From a virus (taxonomy: Duplodnaviria > Heunggongvirae > Uroviricota > Caudoviricetes): 26,649 nt of DNA. The notes under the pieces were generated by a model that saw only the letters and a list, made by a program, of their open reading frames with translations, had not been told where the DNA came from and did no database searches. A program made the position numbers and the translations under genes. The stretch covers positions 1-26,649 of IMG/VR virus record IMGVR_UViG_2778261572_000013; one strand, given 5' to 3'. This document shows, piece by piece, positions 17,149 through 26,649 of this stretch. Position 1 is the first letter of the stretch. Each line of letters opens with the position of its first letter.

Positions 17149-17799
17149 ATGAGCCTGAGTCCCGCACGGCAGCATCGCCTGCGCGTTCAGGCTGAACAGG
17201 CCGCTCGCGAGGGTGGCAGTGTTCGCCACGCGTCGGGCTATGACCTGATGCTGCTGCAACTGGCGGAAGACCGCCGCCGTCTCAAGGGCGTTCAGTCCAC
17301 GGTCAAAAAAGCGGAAATCAAGGTGGAGCTGCTGCCGAAATATGCCGCCTGGGCGGAGGGCGTTCTGGCTGCCGGAGGCGCTCAACAGGATGACGTGCTG
17401 ATGTACGTGATGCTGTGGCGCATTGATGCCGGAGATTATGCCGGGGCGCTGGAGATCGGGCGTCATGCCCTGCGTCATGGCTGGGTGATACCGCTGGGTA
17501 ACCGCAACGTGCAGACCGTGCTGGCAGAGGAAATGGCAGACGCGGCGCAGAGCGCAATGCTTGCCGCCACCGGCTTTGATGCCGATCTGTTGCTGCAGAC
17601 GCTGGAGCTGACAGACGGTCTGGATATGCCGGACCAGTCACGGGCGCGTCTGCATAAAGCGATTGGCGCTGTCCTGAGTGAAAGCAATCCGGCGTCTGCC
17701 CTTAATCATCTCAACCATGCGTTACAGCTCGATCCCCGCTGTGGCGTGAAAAAAGACAAACAGCAGCTGGAGCGCAGACTGCGCAATGACAGCCGCTGA
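17149..17799 (+). CDS. M: Terminase endonuclease/small subunit (P2 gpM-like)
   Basis: 216 aa, follows N; order as in P2. Confidence 0.7.
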   Translation: MSLSPARQHRLRVQAEQAAREGGSVRHASGYDLMLLQLAEDRRRLKGVQSTVKKAEIKVELLPKYAAWAEGVLAAGGAQQDDVLMYVMLWRIDAGDYAGALEIGRHALRHGWVIPLGNRNVQTVLAEEMADAAQSAMLAATGFDADLLLQTLELTDGLDMPDQSRARLHKAIGAVLSESNPASALNHLNHALQLDPRCGVKKDKQQLERRLRNDSR

Positions 17800-17894
17800 C
17801 AGAACGTGCCCCCGCGCACGGGCGGCACGGGGTGGCGAAAGGCATAGCCACATCAAAATCCCGTTCACCGCCCTCTATTTCAGGAGAAAGCAGC

Positions 17895-18125
17895 ATGAAG
17901 TTTGTTGCGCCAGAACAGGCACCGGAACAGGCGGAAATCATCAGAAATACGCCGTTCTGGCCTGATGTGGACCTGTCGGAGTTTCGCAGCGTGATGCGCA
18001 CTGACGGCACGGTGACGCAGCCGCGTTTAAAGCAGGTTGCCCTGTCTGGACCGACGGCATTGGTAATACGTCGGGCGTCATTCCCGGCAAAACCATTACG
18101 GAGCGACAGGCAGCAGAAGGGCTGA
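17895..18125 (+). CDS. L: Head completion protein gpL-like, probably 3'-truncated
   Basis: ATG 17895 with AGGAGAAAG RBS; only 76 codons (P2 L is about 169 aa); frame is lost where lysozyme-like sequence begins in another frame. Confidence 0.4.
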   Translation: MKFVAPEQAPEQAEIIRNTPFWPDVDLSEFRSVMRTDGTVTQPRLKQVALSGPTALVIRRASFPAKPLRSDRQQKG

Positions 18126-18397
18126 TCTCCAACGTGCTGCGTGTGGAGCGGGCGCTGGAAAGGTGTGTGAAGCAACAGCCGCCGCAGAAGGTGTATGACG
18201 CTGCGGTGTCGTTTGCCTTCAACGTGGGTACGGGCAATGCCTGCAGTTCCACGCTGGTGAAATTGCTCAATCAGCGGCGCTGGGCGGATGCGTGCCGACA
18301 GTTGCCGCGCTGGGTGTATGTAAAAGGTGTGTTTAATCAGGGGCTGGATAACCGCCGTGCACGGGAGATGGCCTGGTGCTTACAGGGAGCAAACTGA
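18005..18397 (+). pseudogene. K: Phage lysozyme (gpK-like, GH24 family) lacking the N-terminal catalytic region
   Basis: Frame-2 open stretch encodes CPVWTDGIGNTSG...GKTITERQAAEGL...SFAFNVGTGN...RRW..., matching the middle and C-terminus of lambda/P21-type lysozymes; no in-frame N-terminus with the catalytic Glu upstream. Confidence 0.55.
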
Positions 18398-18398
18398 A

Positions 18399-18836
18399 AT
18401 GAAAAAGAAAGTAATCAGCGGACTGTTTCTGATGTTATGGATGGCGCTGTTAATCGCAGCAATGGTGTATCCGCAGGGGATTTTTCCGGTACTGGCAGCG
18501 TCCGGTGTCTGGGTAGCCTGTCTGCTGACATGGGGGGCAATTCCGGTAGCACTGGTTGCGTTAATTAAGAACGGCCCGCTCTGGCAGGAGTTGAGGGCAT
18601 CTTTGCTGAAGAGCATTACCCGAAAAGAAAACGTATTTATCAGCTGGATGATGCGATTGCTGATTGTCGTAAGTCTCGCCTGGACGGGGTGGGCTATTAC
18701 CCTGGTCTTTTATCTGCTGACCGTTATCGCCACCATTTTTCACTGGCCGCCATCCGTTACTGACGTTATGCCGCTGACCGAAGTGCTGGAATGGCGGTAT
18801 AAAGCGATTCAGAGAAGCGGGGACAACGATGAGTGA
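18399..18836 (+). CDS. Small membrane protein, LysA-like candidate
   Basis: 145 aa with four hydrophobic segments, RBS AGGGAG, immediately after the lysozyme remnant as P2 lysA follows K. Its stop overlaps the T start. Confidence 0.4.
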   Translation: MKKKVISGLFLMLWMALLIAAMVYPQGIFPVLAASGVWVACLLTWGAIPVALVALIKNGPLWQELRASLLKSITRKENVFISWMMRLLIVVSLAWTGWAITLVFYLLTVIATIFHWPPSVTDVMPLTEVLEWRYKAIQRSGDNDE

Positions 18837-21800
18837 TAACAACCTGCGGCTGCAGGTCATTCTTAATGCGGTTGACAAACTCACCCGCCCATTCCGTGCT
18901 GCACAGGCCAGTTCGAAAGAGCTGGCTGGCGCAATCAGAAACTCCCGTGACGCATTAAAGCAACTCAATCAGGCGGGTAACAGCCTGGAAAAATTTCGCA
19001 AGCTGCAGGCCGATAACAAGAAGTTAGGCGACAGGCTGAACTATGCCAGACAGAAGGCTAATTTACTTAGCTCTGAGCTGGAGTCGATGGAACAACCATC
19101 ACAACGGCACCTTGTGGCTTTAGGTCGGCAAACGCTGGCAGTCCAACGCCTGGAAGAACAACAAAAATATTTGCAGAAGCAAACGGCGCTTGTGCGTGCA
19201 GAACTGTACCGGGCGGGAATTTCTGCGAAAGATGATGCGGGAGCAACTGCCCGTTTAGCCCGTGAAACATCACGTTATAACCAGGAATTGTCGCAACAGG
19301 AGGCGAGGCTGAAGCGACTGGGGGAAGCTCAGCGCAGGATGAATGCAGCGCGTGCCAGTTATGCCCGTTCGCTGGAGGTGCGTGATCGTATTGCAGGTGT
19401 TGGAGCCACCACCACGGCTGCAGGGCTGGCAATGGGCGCACCAGTGATGGCGGCAGTAAAAAGCTATACCAGCATGGAAGATGCTATGAAAGGTGTGGCA
19501 AAGCAGGTCAATGGTCTGCGTGACGATAATGGCAACCGCACTGCACGTTTTTATGAAATGCAGGATGCCATCAAGGCTGCCAGCGAACAGTTGCCGATGG
19601 AAAACGGTGCGGTGGACTTCGCTGCACTGGTTGAAGGTGGTGCGCGCATGAACGTCGCAAACCCTGACGACAGCTGGGAAGACCAGAAACGTGATCTGCT
19701 GGCCTTCGCCAGCACGGCAGCAAAGGCGGCAACAGCCTTTGAGCTGCCAGCGGATGAACTGTCAGAAAGTCTGGGTAAAATCGCCCAGCTCTACAAAATC
19801 CCTACCCGCAATATTGAACAGCTCGGTGATGCGCTGAACTATCTGGATGATAACGCCATGTCGAAAGGGGCAGACATCATTGATGTCATGCAACGCCTGG
19901 GCGGTGTGGCTGATCGTCTGGATTATCGTAAAGCGGCGGCGCTGGGTTCCACCTTCCTGACACTGGGTGCTGCGCCGGAGGTTGCAGCCAGTGCAGCAAA
20001 CGCGATGGTGCGTGAATTGTCCATTGCCACCATGCAAAGCAAGAGTTTCTTTGAAGGAATGAATCTGCTGAAACTCAATCCTGAAGTGATTGAAAAGCAG
20101 ATGACGAAGGATGCGATGGGAACCATCCAGCGCGTGCTGGAGAAGGTGAACGCACTGCCACAGGACAAGCGTCTGTCTGCCATGACCATGTTGTTTGGTA
20201 AAGAGTTTGGTGATGACGCGGCGAAACTGGCAAACAACCTTCCGGAACTGCAGCGCCAGCTAAAACTGACAGCGGGCAATGATGCGCTCGGTTCCATGCA
20301 GAAAGAATCCGACATCAACAAAGACTCACTTTCTGCTCAGTGGTTGCTGGTCAAAACCGGAGCGCAGAACACCTTCAGCAGCCTGGGCGAAACGCTGCGC
20401 CAGCCGCTGATGGATATTCTGTACACGGTGAAAAGCATCACGGGGGCGTTGCGCCGCTGGGTGGAAGCTAACCCGGAACTGACAGGCACACTGGTGAAAG
20501 TAGCGGCTGTTGTGGCTGCGGTTACCGTTGGCCTCGGCACCTTAGCGGTGGCGCTGGCTGCAGTGCTGGGGCCGCTGGCAGTGATTCGTCTGGGATTCTC
20601 TGTGCTGGGTATCAAAACGTTACCTTCCGTTACGGCAGCAGTAACCCGAACCAGCAGCGCGTTGTCCTGGCTGGCTGGCGCACCACTGGCACTGCTGCGA
20701 CGCGGGCTTGCTTCATCGGGCAACGCCGCAGGTTTACTTACTGCGCCGTTGTCGTCTTTGCGCCGCACGGCATTACTGACGGGAAATGTCCTGAAAACTG
20801 TAGCAGGTGCGCCGGTTGCACTTTTGCGGTCTGGATTATCCGGTTTACGTGCTGTTGCTGTGATGTTTATGAATCCTCTGGCGGTACTGCGCGGTGGACT
20901 GGCCGCCGCAGGCACGGTGCTGCGAGTACTGGCATCTGGTCCACTGGCGATGCTGCGCGTTGCCCTGTATGCCGTATCTGGTCTGTTAGGTGCTCTGCTC
21001 AGTCCGATAGGTCTTGTGGTTACTGCACTGGCGGGCGTGGCGCTGGTTGTCTGGAAATACTGGCAACCCATCACCGCATTTCTTGGTGGCGTGGTGGAAG
21101 GATTCAAAGCGGCGGCAGGTCCCGTCAGTGAAGCATTCGAACCGCTTAAGCCCGTGTTCCAGTGGATTGGCGACAAAGTACAGGCGCTGTGGGGCTGGTT
21201 TACTGATCTGCTGACGCCCGTTAAGTCGACCTCTGCCGAACTGCAGAGTGCAGCGGCAATGGGGCGACGATTCGGGGAGGCACTGGCGGAAGGGCTAAAT
21301 ATGGTCATGCATCCGCTGGACTCCCTGAAATCCGGCGTTTCCTGGTTGCTGGAGAAGCTCGGCATTGTCAGTAAAGAGGCCGCAAAGGCAAAACTGCCGG
21401 AAAGCGTGACGCGTCAGCAACCTGCGACGGTGAATGCAGACGGTAAAGTGATGATGCCATCGGGTGGTTTTCCATCATGGGGATATGGCTTTGCGGGGAT
21501 GTATGACAGCGGCGGGTATATCCCGCGCGGGCAGTTTGGCATCGTCGGTGAAAACGGGCCGGAAATTGTTAACGGCCCGGCAAATGTGACCAGCCGGAGA
21601 AATACAGCTGCACTGGCTGCCGTTGTTACCGGAATGATGGGCGTTGCTGCCGCGCCTGCAGAGCTTCCACCGTTGCACCCTTTGGCACTTCCCGCGAAAG
21701 GTGGAGAAGCAATTGTGAGTCGCGCAGCCACTGTGCCGCCCGTTTACAGGATTGAGGCACCGACGCAGATCATCATCCAGACGCAGCCAGGACAAAGTGC

Positions 21801-21906
21801 GCAGGATATTGCGCGGGAGGTGGCCCGCCAGCTTGATGAACGTGAACGCAGGCTGAAGGCAAAGGCCAGGAGTAACTACAGCGATCAGGGGGGATACGAC
21901 GCATGA
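18829..21906 (+). CDS. T: Tail tape measure protein (P2 gpT-like)
   Basis: 1025 aa; N-terminal coiled-coil region, central Gly/Ala-rich hydrophobic repeats (xPLAxLRxGL units); followed by U and D as in P2. Confidence 0.8.
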   Translation: MSDNNLRLQVILNAVDKLTRPFRAAQASSKELAGAIRNSRDALKQLNQAGNSLEKFRKLQADNKKLGDRLNYARQKANLLSSELESMEQPSQRHLVALGRQTLAVQRLEEQQKYLQKQTALVRAELYRAGISAKDDAGATARLARETSRYNQELSQQEARLKRLGEAQRRMNAARASYARSLEVRDRIAGVGATTTAAGLAMGAPVMAAVKSYTSMEDAMKGVAKQVNGLRDDNGNRTARFYEMQDAIKAASEQLPMENGAVDFAALVEGGARMNVANPDDSWEDQKRDLLAFASTAAKAATAFELPADELSESLGKIAQLYKIPTRNIEQLGDALNYLDDNAMSKGADIIDVMQRLGGVADRLDYRKAAALGSTFLTLGAAPEVAASAANAMVRELSIATMQSKSFFEGMNLLKLNPEVIEKQMTKDAMGTIQRVLEKVNALPQDKRLSAMTMLFGKEFGDDAAKLANNLPELQRQLKLTAGNDALGSMQKESDINKDSLSAQWLLVKTGAQNTFSSLGETLRQPLMDILYTVKSITGALRRWVEANPELTGTLVKVAAVVAAVTVGLGTLAVALAAVLGPLAVIRLGFSVLGIKTLPSVTAAVTRTSSALSWLAGAPLALLRRGLASSGNAAGLLTAPLSSLRRTALLTGNVLKTVAGAPVALLRSGLSGLRAVAVMFMNPLAVLRGGLAAAGTVLRVLASGPLAMLRVALYAVSGLLGALLSPIGLVVTALAGVALVVWKYWQPITAFLGGVVEGFKAAAGPVSEAFEPLKPVFQWIGDKVQALWGWFTDLLTPVKSTSAELQSAAAMGRRFGEALAEGLNMVMHPLDSLKSGVSWLLEKLGIVSKEAAKAKLPESVTRQQPATVNADGKVMMPSGGFPSWGYGFAGMYDSGGYIPRGQFGIVGENGPEIVNGPANVTSRRNTAALAAVVTGMMGVAAAPAELPPLHPLALPAKGGEAIVSRAATVPPVYRIEAPTQIIIQTQPGQSAQDIAREVARQLDERERRLKAKARSNYSDQGGYDA

Positions 21907-22388
21907 TGATGGTGCTGGGATTGTACGTGTTTATGCTGCGCACCGTGCCGTATCAGGAACTGCAGTATCAGCGCAGCTGGCGACATGCGGCTAACAGCCG
22001 GGTAAATCGTCGTCCGTCCACGCAGTTTCTGGGACCGGACAACGACATGCTGACGCTTTCCGGTGTTCTTATGCCGGAGATAACAGGCGGCAGGCTGTCG
22101 TTGCTGGCACTGGAGCAGATGGCAGAACAGGGGAAAGCATGGCCTCTGATTGAAGGCAGCGGCACGATTTACGGCATGTATGTGATTGAGGGACTGAATC
22201 AGACTAAAACGGAGTTTTTCCGCGACGGTATGCCGCGCCGGATTGAGTTCACCCTGTCGCTCAAACGGGTGGATGAATCCCTGTCCGATATGTTCGGTGA
22301 TCTCAGTGCGCAGCTGAATAATCTGCAGGGAGCGGCAACATCAGCCTTAAGCGATATCAGTAAAACGGTGGGAGGGCTTCTGTCGTGA
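21903..22388 (+). CDS. U: Tail protein gpU-like
   Basis: 161 aa (P2 U is about 159 aa), overlaps the T stop, precedes D. Confidence 0.75.
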   Translation: MMMVLGLYVFMLRTVPYQELQYQRSWRHAANSRVNRRPSTQFLGPDNDMLTLSGVLMPEITGGRLSLLALEQMAEQGKAWPLIEGSGTIYGMYVIEGLNQTKTEFFRDGMPRRIEFTLSLKRVDESLSDMFGDLSAQLNNLQGAATSALSDISKTVGGLLS

Positions 22389-23485
22389 ATTTCAGCTCTG
22401 AACTGCTTAACAAAGGCAACAAAACTCCGGCATTCAGCATCAGTATTGAAGGCAGGGATATCACCACTGTGCCGGACAACCGCCTGATGGGGCTGACGCT
22501 GACGGATAACCGGGGATTTGAAGCGGACCAGCTTGATCTGGAGCTGGACGACGCCGATGGAAAAATCGTGCTGCCGCGCCGTGGTGCGGTCATTACGCTG
22601 GCGCTGGGCTGGAAGGGGCAGCCGCTTTTCCCGAAAGGGGCATTCACGGTGGACGAGATTGAACACACTGGCGCACCGGACCGCCTGACTATCCGGGCGC
22701 GAAGTGCTGATTTTCGGGAAACCCTGAATACCCGCCGTGAAAAATCTTGGCACAAGACCACCGTCGGGGAAGTGGTAAAGGAAATAGCCGCGCGTCACAA
22801 GCTGAAGATGGCGCTGGGTAAAGACCTGTCGGATAAGCCCGTGGAACATATAGACCAGACTAATGAGAGTGACGGCAGTTTTCTGATGCGGCTGGCGCGA
22901 CAGTACGGTGCCATCGCGTCGGTGAAAAATGGCAATCTGCTATTCATCCGGCAGGGGCAGGGCAAAAGCGCCACTGGTAAACCACTGCCAGTGATCACTA
23001 TCACACGCAAGGACGGCGACAGTCACCGCTTTACCCTGGCAGATCGCGGAGCCTACACGGGCGTAATTGCCAGCTGGTTGCATACCCGCGAACCTGCGAA
23101 GAAAGAAAGCACCACGGTGAAGCGTAAGCGCAGAACTAAGAAGCAGAAGAAAGAGCCAGAAGCGAAGCAGGGCGATTACCTGGTGGGTACGGATGAAAAC
23201 GTGCTGGTACTTAATCGCACTTATGCCAACCGGAGCAACGCCGAACGAGCGGCGAAAATGCAGTGGGAACGCCTGCAACGCGGCGTTGCGTCATTCTCGC
23301 TACAACTGGCAGAAGGGCGGGCAGATCTCTACACGGAAATGCCAGTGAAAGTCAGTGGCTTTAAACAGCCGATAGATGATGCGGAATGGACCATTACGAC
23401 TCTGACGCATACCGTCAGCCCGGATAACGGTTTTACGACCAGTCTGGAGCTTGAAGTGAGGATTGATGATTTCGAAATGGAATGA
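22385..23485 (+). CDS. D: Tail protein / late control gene D-like
   Basis: 366 aa (P2 D is about 387 aa), position between U and ogr. Confidence 0.75.
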   Translation: MNFSSELLNKGNKTPAFSISIEGRDITTVPDNRLMGLTLTDNRGFEADQLDLELDDADGKIVLPRRGAVITLALGWKGQPLFPKGAFTVDEIEHTGAPDRLTIRARSADFRETLNTRREKSWHKTTVGEVVKEIAARHKLKMALGKDLSDKPVEHIDQTNESDGSFLMRLARQYGAIASVKNGNLLFIRQGQGKSATGKPLPVITITRKDGDSHRFTLADRGAYTGVIASWLHTREPAKKESTTVKRKRRTKKQKKEPEAKQGDYLVGTDENVLVLNRTYANRSNAERAAKMQWERLQRGVASFSLQLAEGRADLYTEMPVKVSGFKQPIDDAEWTITTLTHTVSPDNGFTTSLELEVRIDDFEME

Positions 23486-23575
23486 TTCTTCGCAATGGAG
23501 AACTTTTAAGTTTGCAAAATGGAATAATGCGGTATCATTATTGTGAATTTAGCAAAAATGGGGAGAACTCGAAAA

Positions 23576-23794
23576 ATGATGATTTGCCCACTGTGTGGAA
23601 GTGCCGCCCATACTCGCAGCAGTTTTCAGGTATCTTCATTGACCAAAGAGCGTTACAACCAGTGCCAGAACATTAACTGCAGCCATACTTTTGTTACCCA
23701 TGAAACTTTTGTTCGTTCGATTGCAACGCCAAAAGAGTCAAATCCGGTTCAGCCGCATCCAATGAAATCAGGACAGGTGGCGCTCTCTCTTTGA
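23576..23794 (+). CDS. ogr: Ogr-type zinc-finger late-gene transcription activator
   Basis: MMICPLCGSAAHTRSS...KERYNQCQNINCSHTF... closely parallels P2 Ogr (MFHCPLCQHAAH...KERYHQCQNVNCSATF); last prophage gene before attR, as in P2. Confidence 0.9.
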   Translation: MMICPLCGSAAHTRSSFQVSSLTKERYNQCQNINCSHTFVTHETFVRSIATPKESNPVQPHPMKSGQVALSL

Positions 23795-23816
23795 CGCTGC
23801 CGCCATTTTGTCGCCA
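23795..23816. repeat. 22-bp repeat CGCTGCCGCCA(T)TTTGTCGCCA, also present at 123-144 (one mismatch)
   Basis: Direct repeat read at both prophage ends: the left copy inside the int 3' end, the right copy immediately after the ogr stop. Candidate arm-type Int site or alternative att core. Confidence 0.5.
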
Positions 23817-23870
23817 TCGTTAAAAAACAGTGTTTCTAACATCATGATTTTAAACAGCTTAAATTTCAGG

Positions 23871-23917
23871 CAACAAAAAACCCATCAACCTTGAACCGAA
23901 ATGGCGGGGTTGATGGG
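23871..23917 (-). terminator. Rho-independent terminator of ybjL, containing the putative attR core
   Basis: Perfect 10-bp stem CCCATCAACC/GGTTGATGGG followed on the minus strand by U-tract; the 14-mer AACAAAAAACCCAT (23872-23885) is identical to 17-30 at the left end. Confidence 0.6.
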
Positions 23918-24029
23918 CTCCACAAAATGGGGACATCAAAGAAAAGCAGTGGCACTAATTAAGACTGATGCCCTGCGGAAAAGTTCTGCGGTTGTGCAAA
24001 AAAATTTCATTTTCAGGGCAACTTCAGTT

Positions 24030-25715
24030 TTATCCTAATCCTGGCCATACCATGACGATGATTGTCCCTGCCAGCGTCAGCAGGACGTTGGCGATTGCAT
24101 AGGTGCCCGCATAGCCCAGCGCCGGGATGTTACTGCGAGCTGTATCACTGATGATCTCCATTGCCGGCGCGCAGGTACGTGCGCCCATCATTGCGCCGAA
24201 CAACAGTGCGCGGTTCATTCGCAATACATAAGCACCGAACAAGAAACAGATAACCACGGGCACCAGACTGACAATCAATCCGGCAATCAACATCTGACCG
24301 CCAATCGCGCCCAGGCCGTTATTAATACCGCTACCGGCGCTCAGACCAACGCCTGCTATAAACACCATCAAGCCGAACTCTTTCACCATGCTTAATGCAC
24401 CTTGCGGAATGTAACCGAAGGTCGGGTGGTTAGCACGCATAAAGCCCAGCATAATTCCGGCGAATAACAACCCGGCAGCGTTCCCCATGCCGAAACTGAA
24501 TGTGCTGAACTGGAAGGTGATCATCCCGATCATCAGCCCAATAACAAAGAAGGCGCAAAATGCCAGCAGGTCAGTGACCTGGCTGTGAATCGAGATAAAG
24601 CCGATGCGATCGGCGATGGTTTTTACGCGACGGGCATCACCGCTGACTTGTAAAACGTCACCTTTGTTAAGCACGACGTTGTCATCTATCGGCATCTCAA
24701 TCTGGCTACGAATGACGCGGTTAAGGAAGCAACCGTGATCGGTCAACTTCAGTTGTGCGAGACGTTTACCTACAGCGTTATGGTTTTTAACGACCACTTC
24801 TTCAGTGACGATACGCATGTCGAGAAGGTCACGATCGAAAACTTCTTTACCGTTACGGAAGCTGGGATCGAGTCGGGCATGGGCGTCGGGATAGCCTACC
24901 AACGCTATTTCATCGCCCATTTGTAGCACGGCATCACCGTCTGGATTTGCCAGAATCCCGTTACGTCGAATACGTTCAATGTAGCAGCCGGTTTGTCGAT
25001 AAATACCCAGTTCACGCAGATTTTTGCCGTCGGTCCAGGCCACCAGCTCCGGGCCGACGCGATAGGCGCGGATCACCGGTAAATAAACCTTACGGTTGGC
25101 ATCAGTGTCCAGGCCACGTTCGCGGGCGATTTGCTGGGCGCTGGTCTGTAAGTCCTGATGCTGCAATTTCGGCAAGTAACGCGCACCAACAATCAAACTC
25201 ACCAGACCGATTAAATAGGTTAAGGCATACCCGAGGCTCAGATTATCCAGTGCCAGTGAGAGCTGCCTGCTTTCCATGCCGGAATGACGCAGTGTATCGC
25301 CAGCACCGACCAGAACCGGTGTCGACGTCATAGAGCCTGCTAACATACCGGCCGTCAGGCCAATATCCCAGCCAAACAGCTTACCTAACCCTAAGGCGAT
25401 CACCAGCGCACTGCCAACCATCACCAGTGCTAACATTAGGTAATTTTTCCCATCGCGAAAAAAAATGGAAAAAAAGTTCGGTCCGGCTTCGACCCCGACG
25501 CAGAAAATAAACAGCATAAAGCCAAGATTAAGCGCATCGGTGTTAATGCTGAAATGTTGTTGGCCTAATAACAGCGATACGACTAAAACGCCAATGGAAT
25601 TACCCAGTTGGATCGAACCAAGTCGTAACTTTCCGAGACATAGCCCAAGCGCGAGGACCACAAATAATAACAGAATGTAATTCCCATTTAACAATTCGGC
25701 GACGTTTATATTCAC
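24030..25715 (-). CDS. ybjL: Putative transport protein YbjL (AspT/YidE/YbjL family)
   Basis: 561-aa polytopic membrane protein recognised as E. coli-type YbjL from its sequence ([20 protein letters not shown]...), with TM blocks flanking a central soluble domain. Confidence 0.85.
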   Translation of the reverse strand: MNINVAELLNGNYILLLFVVLALGLCLGKLRLGSIQLGNSIGVLVVSLLLGQQHFSINTDALNLGFMLFIFCVGVEAGPNFFSIFFRDGKNYLMLALVMVGSALVIALGLGKLFGWDIGLTAGMLAGSMTSTPVLVGAGDTLRHSGMESRQLSLALDNLSLGYALTYLIGLVSLIVGARYLPKLQHQDLQTSAQQIARERGLDTDANRKVYLPVIRAYRVGPELVAWTDGKNLRELGIYRQTGCYIERIRRNGILANPDGDAVLQMGDEIALVGYPDAHARLDPSFRNGKEVFDRDLLDMRIVTEEVVVKNHNAVGKRLAQLKLTDHGCFLNRVIRSQIEMPIDDNVVLNKGDVLQVSGDARRVKTIADRIGFISIHSQVTDLLAFCAFFVIGLMIGMITFQFSTFSFGMGNAAGLLFAGIMLGFMRANHPTFGYIPQGALSMVKEFGLMVFIAGVGLSAGSGINNGLGAIGGQMLIAGLIVSLVPVVICFLFGAYVLRMNRALLFGAMMGARTCAPAMEIISDTARSNIPALGYAGTYAIANVLLTLAGTIIVMVWPGLG

Positions 25716-25984
25716 GGAGGCTAACTTCTTGTTTACTAGTAAGCTGTTGAAAGAAATGGTAATTTACGATAATGTTTTTTACCAGAATTCAGGGCGCAGA
25801 TTCATTCAGCGCACCTAAACGATAGTAAAGTAACAATATATTTTACTAGTGTAATCACATTAGGTATCAACGGCTATATGAATTGCGTTGGCCTATATTA
25901 GCATGGAATGCGAAGCGGCTTTATCTTACTGAACGCCACACTGGCGAAAAATGTGTTCGATAGACGCAGTGTCAGGAGGAACGA

Positions 25985-26362
25985 GTGAAACATAAACAAC
26001 GTTGGGCGGGGGCAATCTGCTGTTTTGTCCTCTTCATTGTGGTGTGCCTTTTTCTGGCGACGCACATGAAAGGCGCTTTTCGGGCTGCCGGGCATCCTGA
26101 AATCGGCTTGCTATTTTTCATTCTTCCTGGAGCAGTGGCCAGCTTCTTTTCACAGCGTAGAGAAGTCCTGAAACCTCTGTTTGGCGCAATGCTGGCGGCA
26201 CCCTGTTCGATGCTCATTATGCGGCTGTTTTTTTCACCGACGCGCTCATTCTGGCAAGAGCTGGCATGGTTACTAAGCGCGGTGTTCTGGTGTGCGCTGG
26301 GGGCACTGTGTTTCTTATTTATCAGTAGTTTGTTTAAACCACAGCACAGAAAAAATCAGTAA
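25985..26362 (+). CDS. ybjM: Inner membrane protein YbjM
   Basis: 125-aa hydrophobic protein, GTG start, located between ybjL and grxA as in E. coli. Confidence 0.7.
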   Translation: MKHKQRWAGAICCFVLFIVVCLFLATHMKGAFRAAGHPEIGLLFFILPGAVASFFSQRREVLKPLFGAMLAAPCSMLIMRLFFSPTRSFWQELAWLLSAVFWCALGALCFLFISSLFKPQHRKNQ

Positions 26363-26383
26363 AGCCCTCAACGCGAGGGCTTG
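26361..26383. terminator. Bidirectional terminator between ybjM and grxA
   Basis: AGCCCTC-aacgc-GAGGGCT hairpin between convergent genes. Confidence 0.6.
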
Positions 26384-26391
26384 TCAGACGA

Positions 26392-26649
26392 TCAGGCGTC
26401 CAGATTTTCTTTCACCCATGCAGCAAAATCGGTATAGCCGCCGATATGTTGCTGATCGACAAAAATCTGCGGCACGGTTTCTACGGGTTTACCTGCCTTT
26501 TGTTGTAGATCTTCTTTAGTGATCCCTTCCGCACGAATATCTACATACTGATACTGAAAATCATCGCGTTCATTGCTCAATTTCTCAGCCAGATCTTTTG
26601 CACGCACACAGTAAGGGCAACCCGAACGACCAAAAATAACGGTTTGCAT
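26392..26649 (-). CDS. grxA: Glutaredoxin 1
   Basis: 85 aa with CPYC active site (MQTVIFGRSGCPYCVRAKDLAEKL...), matching E. coli Grx1. Confidence 0.92.
   Translation of the reverse strand: MQTVIFGRSGCPYCVRAKDLAEKLSNERDDFQYQYVDIRAEGITKEDLQQKAGKPVETVPQIFVDQQHIGGYTDFAAWVKENLDA

Noticed and set aside
20640-21000. Tandem peptide repeats (xPLAxLRxGL units) inside the tape measure gene
   Set aside because: Internal repeats and Gly/Ala-rich hydrophobic stretches are a normal property of tape measure proteins, not a separate element.
20337-21365. 342-aa ORF antisense to the tape measure gene, and similar long antisense ORFs at 15590-16629, 17318-18175 and 22199-22849
   Set aside because: These lie opposite well-supported GC-rich structural genes and have low-complexity Ala/Arg/Ser/Pro-rich translations with no RBS context; typical shadow ORFs of high-GC coding DNA.
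1-26649. CRISPR arrays, tRNA/rRNA genes, IS elements or transposases
   Set aside because: No regularly spaced direct repeats, no cloverleaf-like tRNA candidates at the att ends, and no transposase-like ORFs were seen on manual inspection; a dedicated tRNA or CRISPR scan was not run.

Overview
This window holds a roughly 23.8 kb P2/186-like prophage (about 17 to 23885) inserted just downstream of ybjL in an Escherichia-type chromosome, with host genes ybjL, ybjM and grxA on the right (24030-26649). Gene order is the classical P2 prophage order: int, an extra OLD-like gene, CI-like repressor, then rightward cox/apl-like, CII-like, small early genes, TraR/DksA-like, DUF3850-like, Dam methylase, replication gene A, an accessory region, portal Q, terminase P, O, N, M, L, K, lysA-like, T, U, D, ogr. 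The element looks defective: the terminase ATPase gene is reduced to a 3' fragment, L and the lysozyme gene are fused at a deletion junction, and all tail tube, sheath, baseplate and fibre genes are missing between the lysA-like gene and T. Three AT-rich accessory islands stand out against the GC-richer phage core. The first is an OLD-family ABC-ATPase/Toprim nuclease gene between the repressor and int. The second is a LexA-box-controlled small ORF plus DinI-like gene after A. The third, and the best candidate for an undescribed system, is two translationally organised two-gene cassettes between A and Q (10843-11900 and 12232-13480), each a small soluble protein followed by a 3-TM membrane protein, at the position where P2 carries tin/old. 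No rRNA, tRNA, CRISPR array or IS element was recognised. All calls come from reading the ORF translations and DNA by eye; no database search or computation was run, and GC statements are qualitative.
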